Made by a program: the position numbers and the translations under genes. A stretch of 64,000 nt of DNA from Candidatus Poribacteria bacterium (GTDB lineage: Bacteria > Poribacteria > WGA-4E > WGA-3G): NCBI GenBank assembly GCA_958295815.1, contig OY282374.1:1863917-1927916 (forward strand). Direction: 5' to 3'. Positions 1 to 9,533 of this stretch are shown one piece after another. Under the pieces are notes generated by a model that saw nothing but the letters and a program-made list of their open reading frames with translations, did not search any database and was not told the origin of the DNA. How positions within the stretch are numbered: position 1 is the first letter of the stretch; each line of letters starts with the position of its first letter.

Positions 1-489
1 CGTTGCGACACCGGAACCACTCGATGATGATCCGGTCCATCGTTCGGGATTCCATGGATTCTTGGGAATATTGAATTCAGGATTGTAGCCACCCATCGCC
101 CCTTCGGTCAGATTGAGTTTCCCAAGCAGTATCGCACCAGCCGATTCGAGTTTCGCGATGACCGTGCCATCATACGTGGGCACGTGATCTGCGAGCACTT
201 TCGCCGCGCCCATCGTGCGGACACCTTTCGTGAAACAGAGATCCTTCACTGCAATCGGGACACCGTGAAGTGGACCGCGATACGTTCCCGCGTTAATCTC
301 GAGTTCCGCCTCCTGCGCCGCAGCCATTGCCTGCTCCGCCATCACCGTGGCGTAGCTCATCAACTGACCGTCAAGCTGATCTATACGTTCCAACACCGCA
401 GTTGTCACATCCACAGGCGACAACTGCTTGGAGGCAATGCCTTCCGCGATCTCAGTAATAGTTTTGAAGTGAAGTGCCGTTTCACTCAT
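1..489 (-). CDS. Amidase-signature family protein (5' part, runs off window edge)
   Basis: Not in ORF track. Manual translation from ATG at 489: MSETALHFKTITEIAEGIASKQLSPVDV...GPLHGVPIAVKDL...LLGKLNLTE...NPWNPERWTGSSSSGSGVAT; amidase catalytic Lys and Ser/Gly-rich signature. Confidence 0.9.
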   Translation of the reverse strand, partial: MSETALHFKTITEIAEGIASKQLSPVDVTTAVLERIDQLDGQLMSYATVMAEQAMAAAQEAELEINAGTYRGPLHGVPIAVKDLCFTKGVRTMGAAKVLADHVPTYDGTVIAKLESAGAILLGKLNLTEGAMGGYNPEFNIPKNPWNPERWTGSSSSGSGVAT

Positions 490-532
490 ATTCTTTCCCC
501 TTGTTACGGTAGTAGACACACTCGTGTGCCGT

Positions 533-2497
533 TTATCTTTTTTCAATCGGAATCCGAAGCACGCCACTACCGTTTGTGCCTGCGTAAAGGAAACCGTCAA
601 GTACCGCCAACGAATCAACTCGGTGACGCAGGGAACCTATCGGCTTCCACCACTTTTTATCTTCTATCCACTGAAAAACGCCCTTAAAATATGTGCCTAT
701 GTAGTATTCTGTGCCATCTGGTTCCATGGTCGTAACCAATGATGAATTGCCCAATCCGTAGTGTAATGGTGTCCAAGAATTACCGTCATTAGTGGAACAG
801 AAGGCTCCCTTACCCCAAGTTGCTGCGTAAAGTGTTGATCCAACCCATTTTAAATCCGATATAAAATTGTCCAACATATCTGAACTAATAAATTTCCACT
901 GTTTTCCAGCATTTTTTGAACGAAAAATCTCACCGCTCAGGGTTCCAGCATGGATCTTCTTTCCATTCACTGATAACGCCGTGATCGTGTGCCCTTCCAA
1001 ACCAAGATTCGTCCATGAATCTGATCCTTGTTTCCAGCGGAAAATACCTCTACCTTGGGTACCAACATAAAAGGTCGTCCCTGCGATTTCCATACATTCA
1101 ATCCCGTACAATTCGTCATTGGTCATAACCTCGACCAATGTGTTGTTAGCTTCATCCAACTGGAAAATACCTCCTACGGCTAAGGTTCCACCTTGTTGAC
1201 CAGGAGAAAATCTCGTAGCGGCAATGTAAAGCTCTCCACCCGAAACAGATAACGTGGAAAATGTATATTCAGTTGGCAGTGAGGTACTCTTTATTGGTTG
1301 CCACGACGCGCCACCGTCAGCTGAATAGAACAGCCTATCACTTGTTCCGGCGTAAATTGTCTTTCCAACAACTTCCAACGCCTTGACTGATGTCCCCATT
1401 AACCCCATATTAGCTTCCACCCAAGACTTACCACCGTCCGTTGTCCGAAAAATACCACCATCCCACGTTCCAACAAAGACGGTGTCTTCACTCACTGCCA
1501 GCAATGCAGAGACTGTGTGATCTGTTAAGCCGTTGTTGACAGTTGTCCAAGAATCGCCCTTGTCTTTCGAGCGGAAAACTCCGCCCCCAGTCGTACTGGC
1601 GTACAATACCGTTCCTGATGTTGTCAATGCTTCAACGGTATGGGTCATCTCTTTGGTGGTGATGCGTGTCCAGTAATCCCCTTCGTCATCTGAACGGAAA
1701 AGCCCATCGTCTCCACCGGTGAGTATGCCGATGTAAAGCAGATTTTCCATAGCTGTGAATGCGTCAACTCGTAACCCAGACGGAAAATCTTGCCTCCGCA
1801 GCGGCTCAGCACCGGATGCAACCCGCGCGCTATTGATCGGTTCCATATCCATCGGTTTTTCAACGAAACCGGCATTGATTGGTGCCCAGGCATCTTCATT
1901 CGCTTTTTTACGAAAGGCACCGTTCTCCGTGCCGACGACAAGCGTTGTCCTTATTCTCGAAAATACACGAATTGTCGGACGTCCCAATCCATCGTTCGCC
2001 GGTATCCACGAATCACCATCGTCGTCTGAATACCAAATACCGTCTTCGTAGGTGCTAATGTATATGCGATCGCCAATAATTACAACACCGTTGACCGATA
2101 AACGCGTTTGGAGGGTTGGAACGTGATGCCACGTGTCTCCATTGTCAGTTGACGTATATAATCCACCACTTCCAGCGTAAAGCGTGTTTCCTTTTTTCGC
2201 AAAAACTATACCATAGAAACCCTCGCCTGGTTCATAGGGCAACCTGGTATTGATAGGGGTCCAAGAGTCACCGAGATCGGTTGAACGGTAAATACCGGTC
2301 CCACTCATACCTGCGAAAAGGACACCTTCAGGAGTCGCATAGAGCGTGTAGACATGTCCACCGTACGGACCGTTGGTTTGCACCCAGTCCGTCTCATTAA
2401 ATTCAACATTCACATCTGCCATAGGCTGCGGCACTAAACCGATGAAGAGCACTGTTGCAGCAATCCAAATGAGAGGTAATATTCTTTGGCGTATCAT
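533..2497 (-). CDS. Secreted BNR/Asp-box beta-propeller repeat protein
   Basis: N-terminal signal peptide; many SxDxGxxW Asp-box repeats (STDLGDSW, STDNGDTW, SDDDGDSW, SKDKGDSW, TTDGGKSW); RBS AAGGAG upstream. Confidence 0.85.
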   Translation of the reverse strand: MIRQRILPLIWIAATVLFIGLVPQPMADVNVEFNETDWVQTNGPYGGHVYTLYATPEGVLFAGMSGTGIYRSTDLGDSWTPINTRLPYEPGEGFYGIVFAKKGNTLYAGSGGLYTSTDNGDTWHHVPTLQTRLSVNGVVIIGDRIYISTYEDGIWYSDDDGDSWIPANDGLGRPTIRVFSRIRTTLVVGTENGAFRKKANEDAWAPINAGFVEKPMDMEPINSARVASGAEPLRRQDFPSGLRVDAFTAMENLLYIGILTGGDDGLFRSDDEGDYWTRITTKEMTHTVEALTTSGTVLYASTTGGGVFRSKDKGDSWTTVNNGLTDHTVSALLAVSEDTVFVGTWDGGIFRTTDGGKSWVEANMGLMGTSVKALEVVGKTIYAGTSDRLFYSADGGASWQPIKSTSLPTEYTFSTLSVSGGELYIAATRFSPGQQGGTLAVGGIFQLDEANNTLVEVMTNDELYGIECMEIAGTTFYVGTQGRGIFRWKQGSDSWTNLGLEGHTITALSVNGKKIHAGTLSGEIFRSKNAGKQWKFISSDMLDNFISDLKWVGSTLYAATWGKGAFCSTNDGNSWTPLHYGLGNSSLVTTMEPDGTEYYIGTYFKGVFQWIEDKKWWKPIGSLRHRVDSLAVLDGFLYAGTNGSGVLRIPIEKR

Positions 2498-2552
2498 CTG
2501 TATGCTCCTTTATGTGCCGGTTGTTTGACGCAGGTACGTTAAGTTTATGCGT

Positions 2553-2665
2553 GTAGTTGGGGATTGTTGGGTTTCACTATGCTGTTTACGCAAAAGTATC
2601 ATTGAGAAAATATGCCTCTATTTGGCTGTATAGAGACTGAATCTTTACCGTTCAACCCAACCTAC
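2553..2665. repeat. REP-like (GTAG-type) palindromic element with long spacer
   Basis: TGTTGGGTTTCAC (2565) pairs with GTTCAACCCAACCTAC (2650-2665); intergenic. Confidence 0.45.
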
Positions 2666-2680
2666 AAGTCTCTTAGGCGG

Positions 2681-3544
2681 TTAATTCATTTCACTTGGGC
2701 GCGGACGTCCCAAAAGACTCAACAGCTGGTCGTTTGCATCTTCGAGTGCATCCTCAGGAACAGGAACCTCATTACAGAGGTTAAACCGCCAGTACGCCCA
2801 ATATGCAGCATACTGCGACTGCAAAATGTAACGCGTCTTACCGGAAAGGTTTGGCGCGCCACGGTGCCAACACTGCGGATCCTGCAGGTAGATGTCTCCT
2901 GCCTTGCAGAAAATAGAGATGGGTTTATTTCCCTCGAATTCAGGATTTTCTTGGTCATTCGGATGTCTACCAGAGTAGTGACTCCCGCGGACATACTGCG
3001 TCGGTCCCTCCTCAATTGTATCAATGTCGTTGAGTGCCATCTGGACAGTAAACCACATTACAGGCATCCGAAGTCGCGGGTCGTGGCGCGGCATCTCTTC
3101 AGTAACAGGGAAATGTACCGAACCGTCGACATGCCAGCGATCAATCGAGAGTCCAGGGAGATTCCGTAGAACGTTCTGTCCACAAAACTTGCAGTTCTCA
3201 CCGACGATCGCCTCTGCCAGACTCAAAATTGGCTCTCGGAGCAGCATATCCCGAAAGATAGGATCGAGTTCAATGGAGTTACGTAAAATAAAGGGTAATG
3301 GTTCCTTGGAGTCGGCGTGTGCTCCCATCTGGATATATCTGACATCCGCAAGGTGTGGGTTCGTTCTCTCTGCGAGTTGGGGATCTGCGAAAAATTCATC
3401 GGTCTTCTCTCGGAGCGCGCTAATCTCTCCATCAGTCAGCACACTAGGAATATGAACGAATCCGTCACGGAAAAATTGCTCGGCTATCTCTGTTGTCTTT
3501 TCTTTGCTAAAAGGTTCACCCTTGAGTATTGGACTGTTCGCCAT
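2681..3544 (-). CDS. Phytanoyl-CoA dioxygenase (PhyH) family Fe(II)/2OG oxygenase
   Basis: FFRDGFV N-terminus, WHVD (HxD), distal CWHRG, downstream Arg; start set to MANSP (3544) after RBS AAAAGGAGA. Confidence 0.88.
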   Translation of the reverse strand: MANSPILKGEPFSKEKTTEIAEQFFRDGFVHIPSVLTDGEISALREKTDEFFADPQLAERTNPHLADVRYIQMGAHADSKEPLPFILRNSIELDPIFRDMLLREPILSLAEAIVGENCKFCGQNVLRNLPGLSIDRWHVDGSVHFPVTEEMPRHDPRLRMPVMWFTVQMALNDIDTIEEGPTQYVRGSHYSGRHPNDQENPEFEGNKPISIFCKAGDIYLQDPQCWHRGAPNLSGKTRYILQSQYAAYWAYWRFNLCNEVPVPEDALEDANDQLLSLLGRPRPSEMN

Positions 3545-3576
3545 GTTGCGTCTCCTTTTACGTAAAGGGTTGATAG

Positions 3577-3858
3577 TCAATAAATGTCGCCGCGATTGTC
3601 AATTTGAACGATTCGAATTAGACGTTTGCTGGTATTAACTTGGTAAATGAAACGGATACCTCCTATTCGATAACGATAGAATCCTTTTTTCTTGCCACGC
3701 AGTTTTCTAATTGTTGTTGGATTATCGTGTCGAAATGGGGAGCTGCAAATATATTCAAAAGCAAAATTGATTCATTCCTGTGTTTCACGGTCTAATCGTC
3801 TGATAAAATTTTCAACTTTGGTCGGCAGCGGCTCAAGCGTGTATCGCGGATGGTTCAC
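3577..3858 (-). pseudogene. RelE/ParE-family toxin with in-frame TGA at codon 29
   Basis: Manual translation: MNHPRYTLEPLPTKVENFIRRLDRETQE*INFAFEYICSSPFRHDNPTTIRKLRGKKKGFYRYRIGGIRFIYQVNTSKRLIRIVQIDNRGDIY; GTG start overlaps antitoxin stop (GTGA); premature stop at 3772-3774. Confidence 0.85.
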
Positions 3859-4184
3859 ATCCCAATCTCCTTCTTGATTAGAGACCATGGCTTTCCACCA
3901 CCAGTGTCCAATTCTCTTTCTGCTTCAAGAATATCTTCCAAAACTTCCGGTTCTGAATTGAGTAACGCAGTTTCACGCCACTCAGAGAGAAAAATCGAAA
4001 GCGTCTCAGTATCCTTTTTGCCTTCTGAAATCTGTGTTACTAACTTGAGTAATTCCGCAAAGAATTCAACAAGTTCTCCGGAATCTAACCACTTGAGCCA
4101 ATCAAGGTTTTTTGAAGTCTTAACAGATTTAACGTATACTTGGTCGTTCATGAGGTGCCCAACGACAAGTTTAGGATTTTTCAT
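3855..4184 (-). CDS. Putative type II antitoxin (Phd/YefM-like C-terminus)
   Basis: Acidic 109-aa protein with WRETALLNSEPEVLEDILEAERELDTG; translationally coupled upstream of the RelE-like frame. Confidence 0.65.
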   Translation of the reverse strand: MKNPKLVVGHLMNDQVYVKSVKTSKNLDWLKWLDSGELVEFFAELLKLVTQISEGKKDTETLSIFLSEWRETALLNSEPEVLEDILEAERELDTGGGKPWSLIKKEIGM

Positions 4185-4197
4185 TTTTTTTACCTAC

Positions 4198-5655
4198 CTA
4201 ATCCAAATAATCCATCTCCGGCAGCAGATTCCAACGATAGTGGTCTGCCGGTTGTGTATTCCGTCCCCATCTACCGAGAAGTTGTGTGTCTGCACGTTTC
4301 GACGCTATCTGCGCTGCGACCCAATCTGGATCCCAACCATCCAAAACCCTCTCTGTTAATCGTTCCAAAATGTTTCGGCATGTTGGATCGTGTGCGCGAT
4401 CGTGCAACTCGTTCGGATCTTCTTTCAAATTGAAAAGCTGCGAAGGTTGTCCGTGATAGTAATTCAGCTTCCAATCCCCGTCTCTAACCATTCTATGATA
4501 GCATCCGTCATCGGTACAGTATTCAGAGAAAGCGATGTCTTCCCATTCTGTGTTTCCGTCGCGAAGCAGTGGCAAAGTGCTCTGTCCACGAGAATGCGGT
4601 AAAGCCGGTGCACCGAGCGCGTCGAGCATCGTTGCATTCAAGTCCAGCGAACTGATAACGCGATCGCACCTCACACCCTCCGATAAAGTGCCACGCCACG
4701 ATAAAATTGCGGGAACTTTCACCGAATGCTCGTAGAAGGTCTGTTTCCACCAAAGTCCGTGTTCTCCGACCTGCTCACCGTGATCCGAACTATAGAGAAT
4801 CAACGTGTTTTCATCTAAGCCGTTTCCTCGGAGTGCAGTCAGTATCTGTCCAATCATCACGTCCATCCGTGTTACCAATGCCCAATACGCTGCGCGTGCG
4901 CGGATAATCTCTGCATCGAATACCTCAACAATCCCACACTTCTCACGCCACGATTGAAAGTGGGGATGTAACGCATCCGAAAAAGGTTCGGGATTTTCTG
5001 GCATCGTCATCCGTCCTTCGTAAAATTGGTAGTCCTCTTGACGCGCAACGAAGGGTTGATGTGGCAGCATGAACCCAACGGAAATCGAAAACGGTGTATC
5101 TAAAAGTCCCGCCCGTTTCTGAACACCGAGCCGATTGAGATAATCCACTGTCGCAGCGGTCACATCCTCATCGTGAACTTGGTACGCACTCTGACCTGCG
5201 CCAGATTTTTCGAGACTCACACGTGCCGGTCCGGCAGTTCCAGAGAGTTCACCGTGATCAACACCGCCTCCACCGTGATAATTCGGACCGTGGTCCCCAA
5301 CAAGGCGTTCGGCGTACCCGTGCAGCTGATCCGGTCCGAGCGCATGCATCCGCCCAATGAGTACCGGCTGATACCCCGCTGCACCCATTGCATGCGCAAA
5401 AGTCGGGATCCCGGAATCGAGGATATGGCTGTTTGTCCAGACGGCGTTTTCGTAAGGGTAGCGTCCACTCAGCATCGACATCCGGGATGGCACGCAGATC
5501 GGAGATGGACAATAGACGTTTTCAAGGACCACCCCCTCGGCAGCGAGACCATCAAGATTAGGAGTTTTTACCAGAGGATCACCGTAACAACCTGTCACGT
5601 ACGGATTGTGTTGATCGGAATGGATATATAGCAGATTGGGACTTGAATTCGGCAT
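4198..5655 (-). CDS. Formylglycine-dependent sulfatase (choline-sulfatase-like)
   Basis: PNLLYIHSDQH, CVPSR motif, SDHGE, KVPAI; no signal peptide. Confidence 0.92.
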   Translation of the reverse strand: MPNSSPNLLYIHSDQHNPYVTGCYGDPLVKTPNLDGLAAEGVVLENVYCPSPICVPSRMSMLSGRYPYENAVWTNSHILDSGIPTFAHAMGAAGYQPVLIGRMHALGPDQLHGYAERLVGDHGPNYHGGGGVDHGELSGTAGPARVSLEKSGAGQSAYQVHDEDVTAATVDYLNRLGVQKRAGLLDTPFSISVGFMLPHQPFVARQEDYQFYEGRMTMPENPEPFSDALHPHFQSWREKCGIVEVFDAEIIRARAAYWALVTRMDVMIGQILTALRGNGLDENTLILYSSDHGEQVGEHGLWWKQTFYEHSVKVPAILSWRGTLSEGVRCDRVISSLDLNATMLDALGAPALPHSRGQSTLPLLRDGNTEWEDIAFSEYCTDDGCYHRMVRDGDWKLNYYHGQPSQLFNLKEDPNELHDRAHDPTCRNILERLTERVLDGWDPDWVAAQIASKRADTQLLGRWGRNTQPADHYRWNLLPEMDYLD

Positions 5656-5692
5656 CTAAATTCCTTCCAAAGACTTTGCTAAATTTGCTTTC

Positions 5693-5720
5693 ATTATACA
5701 CACATAGCAGCCATCGTCAA
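5693..5720 (-). promoter_or_regulatory. Sigma70-type promoter for sulfatase
   Basis: Minus strand TTGACG-N16-TATAAT about 40 bp upstream of the start codon. Confidence 0.55.
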
Positions 5721-5921
5721 GGAAAATATAGAGGTGCTTAGTTATGGGTTATGAGTTGTGGGTTGTGGGACGGATGGCGGACGGAGGACAGAGAAAAGGG
5801 TTGTGAGTTATAAGTTGTCTGAACCAGGATTTACAGGATTTTGAGATGTTCGGGATTTTTAGTGTTAACGATCAGTTATCAGAAAGGGAGCGGTCGGGAG
5901 GTTGATACTAATGTTTGTAAC

Positions 5922-5950
5922 TTGACCTGTATCGTAATTTAAGATATTAT
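5922..5950 (+). promoter_or_regulatory. Sigma70-type promoter for NIPSNAP gene
   Basis: TTGACC-N17-TATTAT. Confidence 0.5.
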
Positions 5951-6003
5951 CCCTATATCTATAATCAGCATCAGACCAGATCAACGAACGCGGGAGGGAT
6001 AGC

Positions 6004-6624
6004 ATGATCCATGAAATAAGAACCTATAACCTAAAACTTGGGCAGCTTAACGAATACTGGGAACGCTTTGGTGAAAAACTACCGGCACGCCAAGAATTAT
6101 CGAAACTTGGTGCACACTGGTACACCGAAGTCGGTCCGTTGAATCAGATGGTCGCCGTATGGCCCTACGAAAGTCTTGAACAACGAGCTGAAATCCGACG
6201 TGCCGCGGAAGCTGGACCTAATCCGATATGGCCCCCCGATACAAGCGATCTCATCGTATCAATGGTATCCGAAATTTTTCTACCCGCACCCTTTATGGAA
6301 CCTTTGGGCGAAAGAGACATCGGACCCATATATGAAATGCGTATATACACCTATCCGCCAGAAGGCATGCCCCAAGTTTTAGAGGCGTGGGGCGCGGCTA
6401 TCCCTGAACGCCTGAAGTTCTCATCGCTGGCAGGTTGCTGGTACTCGGAATATGGTGGCACCAACAATTTTATTCATATATGGGCGTACAAGAGTTTTGA
6501 GGAACGCGCCCGGGTCCGAGCAGAGACGCGGGAGAAAGGCGTCTGGCCCCCCAAAGGATCTGTCAGACCTATCACACAAGAGAGCAAGCTTCTACTTCCT
6601 GCCCCGTTTTCACCCATGCAGTAG
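6004..6624 (+). CDS. NIPSNAP family protein (two domains)
   Basis: IHEIRTY and IYEMRIY repeats; WPYESLEQR and WAYKSFEER; C-terminal PAPFSPMQ. Confidence 0.9.
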   Translation: MIHEIRTYNLKLGQLNEYWERFGEKLPARQELSKLGAHWYTEVGPLNQMVAVWPYESLEQRAEIRRAAEAGPNPIWPPDTSDLIVSMVSEIFLPAPFMEPLGERDIGPIYEMRIYTYPPEGMPQVLEAWGAAIPERLKFSSLAGCWYSEYGGTNNFIHIWAYKSFEERARVRAETREKGVWPPKGSVRPITQESKLLLPAPFSPMQ

Positions 6625-6660
6625 TCTGTCCTCCACAATAATAAACCGTTCTGTCATGTT

Positions 6661-6682
6661 GGCGAGGTTTTCCAACCTCGCC
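6661..6682. repeat. GGCGAGG-loop-CCTCGCC palindromic repeat / terminator
   Basis: GGCGAGGTT-TTCC-AACCTCGCC followed by a T-rich tract after the NIPSNAP gene; related copies at 29608, 34481, 34587. Confidence 0.6.
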
Positions 6683-6756
6683 TTTCATTCTTCTATTCTT
6701 CTGACCTTCTTTCTCATCCTGCTATCCTGATTGTGACAACCAACAACCAAAATCCT

Positions 6757-6785
6757 TTGACATAAAATCCAGAATGTGCTATGGT
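6757..6785 (+). promoter_or_regulatory. Sigma70-type promoter for mutS
   Basis: TTGACA-N17-TATGGT with TG extended -10. Confidence 0.6.
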
Positions 6786-6842
6786 ACTTAAAATTAACCT
6801 TTCACATATCGGACAACCACACACCATACCAAGGAAAACTAC

Positions 6843-9533
6843 ATGGCACGTTCGAGACAGTCAGATCTGTCGTTAATGGAACTCTATAAACAGGTAAAAA
6901 AACAGCACGGAGATGCTATCCTCCTTTGCCGAGTCGGCGATTTCTATGAAGCCTTTTTTGAAGATGCGGAACTGATCGCACGCCTCCTTGAGATCGCCTT
7001 AACAGCGAGAAGCCATAAAAACCAGAAGTCCCCACCCGCACCCATGGCAGGTATCCCACACCATGCGCTCGATTCCTATCTCTACAAGCTCGTCAAAGCA
7101 GGACATAAAGTCGCTATTTTGGAGCAGACTGAGGACGCAAAACTTGCACGAGACGAGAACCGACTCGTCAAACGCGACGTCGTTCGCATCGTCACACCCG
7201 GCACTGTGACAGATCCGAAAGTCCTTGAACATAAGATAAACAACTACATCGTTTCGATCTATCCCAACAAAGACGCTTATGGTGTTGCTGTCGCCGATCT
7301 CTCTACAGGCGAGTTTCTCGTGACCGAACTCACAGATACCTCACGCCTCTGGGCAGAGATACACCGTTTCTCCCCGAAAGAGTTCATCTTCCCAGACACT
7401 TTCGAGGACGAGGCAATGTTTGAGCGTTTGAAAACCGAACTTAAAGCGACAGTCAATCCTTTGTCCGATTGGCGTTTTGAAACTGATACTGCCCGCACGG
7501 AACTCCTTGAACACTTCCAAACTATTTCGCTGGACGGATTCGGATGTGAACACCTTCCTACCGCAATCTCTGCTGCTGGTGCGCTCATCTATTATCTGAA
7601 TGAAACACAGAAGCAGGAAGTTGAACACATCGTCTCCCTTCAGACTTACACGCTTTCGGATTTCATGGTGTTGGATGCGGATACACAACGCAACCTTGAA
7701 CTCACAGCCTCTATCCGTGACGGCTCCACAAAAGGCACACTCCTTGAAGTCCTTGATGAGACGGTGACAGCGATGGGTGGTAGGAAAATGCGTCAATGTC
7801 TCTTGCAGCCTTTACTTGATGAAAGAGAGATTGAGGAACGCCTCAGTGGGGTCGATGAACTTAAAACCCAGATTAGCCTGCAAGAGGAATTACGTGAAGC
7901 ACTCGGGCAGATGTACGATATTGAGCGGCTCATCTCACGCATCAGTCTCGGCTCAGTGAATGGACGCGACCTGCATGCACTCAAGGATTCGCTTCGCTTG
8001 GTTCCCGATGTCAAGGTGCAGCTGCAGAACTGTGGTAGTGAATTGTTAGTATCCCTTAATCACACCTTGGATCCGCTACCAGAGTTAGTCGAGGTGATTG
8101 AACGCGGTATACATCCTAACCCACCCGCAACGATCCGTGAAGGTGGTGTAATCTGCGACGGGTATAGCGAGGAACTTGATGAGCTTCGACAGATTGTAGG
8201 ACAAGGGAAAGAGTGGATAGCGGCTATGCAGGAGGAGGAACGCAAGCGCAGCGGTATCCAATCCCTGAAGATCGGATTCAATCAGGTCTTCGGTTATTAC
8301 ATTGATGTGACGAAGCCCAACCTAAACATGGTCCCTGAACACTATATCCGCAAACAGACGCTTCGGAACTCCGAACGGTTCATCACACCCGAACTCAAGG
8401 AGCAGGAAGCAAAAGTCCTGAACGCAGAAGATCGGATACAGACACTGGAGTATGAACTTTTCTGTCAGATTCGCGATGAGGTGTCGAAATTTACCGAACC
8501 CATCCAGAAGATCGCAGCGGCGGTTGCCATGATTGACGTTCTTGCCAACTTCGCCTATATCGCATCGAAGTACAACTATGTGAAGCCTACCGTCGCAGCA
8601 GTGGACGAAATCGTTATCCGGGATGGCAGACATCCAGTAGTCGAGCAACTCTTCACGCAGGAAGGGTTCGTACCCAACGATACAATGCTCAACTGTGATG
8701 ATGAGCAGTTGCATATTATCACGGGACCGAATATGAGCGGCAAAAGCACCTATCTCCGACAAACAGCACTCATCGTTTTGATGGCGCAAATCGGGTGTTT
8801 CGTGCCTGCTTCCGCCGCGAAAATTGGTCTGGTTGATCGGATCTTCACGCGTGTCGGTGCGTCAGACAATCTCGTTATGGGACAGAGTACGTTCCTCGTT
8901 GAGATGAACGAGACGGCGAATATCCTCAACAATGCCACCCGCAACAGTCTTGTCATCTTTGACGAAGTCGGTCGCGGCACTAGCACGTTTGACGGACTCA
9001 GCATCGCATGGGCAGTTTCGGAGTATCTCTTAGATGAAAAACGGATGGGTGCGAAAACCCTTTTTGCGACACACTACCACGAGTTGGTGGAACTCGCCAG
9101 CAAATATAAGCGTGCAAAGAACTACAACGTCGCTGTCCATGAAGATGGGCAAAAGGTGACATTTCTCCGAAAAGTTGTTCCAGGAGGGGCGGATCAGAGT
9201 TATGGGATCCACGTTGCGCGGCTCGCCGGGTTACCCCAAGTCGTGATCACACGTGCACAGCAGATCCTTGAAGTCCTTGAGCAACACAATCTCAGTGTTG
9301 AAGCGGACGGTGCAACAGGGCATCCGCCGAAAGCAAACCCAACAATGCCGAAACCGCGCCGCCGTGTCTCGCGAAAAACGTTGCAGAGCGATTCGCTTCA
9401 GATGGCACTCTTTACACCAAAAACGCATCCCCTCGTTGAAGAGATCCAGCAATTGGAACTCACGCAGATAACACCCTTGGATGCAGTGAATATCCTTTAT
9501 GATTTAAAGGCTAAAGCAGAGAATGAAGGTTAA
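6843..9533 (+). CDS. mutS: DNA mismatch repair protein MutS
   Basis: GDFYE mismatch motif, TGPNMSGKST Walker A, STFLVEM, DEVGRGTST, FATHYHEL, SYGIHVA. Confidence 0.98.
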   Translation: MARSRQSDLSLMELYKQVKKQHGDAILLCRVGDFYEAFFEDAELIARLLEIALTARSHKNQKSPPAPMAGIPHHALDSYLYKLVKAGHKVAILEQTEDAKLARDENRLVKRDVVRIVTPGTVTDPKVLEHKINNYIVSIYPNKDAYGVAVADLSTGEFLVTELTDTSRLWAEIHRFSPKEFIFPDTFEDEAMFERLKTELKATVNPLSDWRFETDTARTELLEHFQTISLDGFGCEHLPTAISAAGALIYYLNETQKQEVEHIVSLQTYTLSDFMVLDADTQRNLELTASIRDGSTKGTLLEVLDETVTAMGGRKMRQCLLQPLLDEREIEERLSGVDELKTQISLQEELREALGQMYDIERLISRISLGSVNGRDLHALKDSLRLVPDVKVQLQNCGSELLVSLNHTLDPLPELVEVIERGIHPNPPATIREGGVICDGYSEELDELRQIVGQGKEWIAAMQEEERKRSGIQSLKIGFNQVFGYYIDVTKPNLNMVPEHYIRKQTLRNSERFITPELKEQEAKVLNAEDRIQTLEYELFCQIRDEVSKFTEPIQKIAAAVAMIDVLANFAYIASKYNYVKPTVAAVDEIVIRDGRHPVVEQLFTQEGFVPNDTMLNCDDEQLHIITGPNMSGKSTYLRQTALIVLMAQIGCFVPASAAKIGLVDRIFTRVGASDNLVMGQSTFLVEMNETANILNNATRNSLVIFDEVGRGTSTFDGLSIAWAVSEYLLDEKRMGAKTLFATHYHELVELASKYKRAKNYNVAVHEDGQKVTFLRKVVPGGADQSYGIHVARLAGLPQVVITRAQQILEVLEQHNLSVEADGATGHPPKANPTMPKPRRRVSRKTLQSDSLQMALFTPKTHPLVEEIQQLELTQITPLDAVNILYDLKAKAENEG

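Noticed and set aside
184-687. Plus-strand 167-aa ORF and the many other antisense or overlapping ORFs in the track
   Set aside because: Shadow frames of well-supported genes with no recognisable motifs.
3772-3774. Selenocysteine or recoding readthrough of the TGA in the RelE-like frame
   Set aside because: The position likely corresponds to Arg, not Cys. No SECIS-like hairpin is evident, and TGA is used as a normal stop elsewhere in the window.
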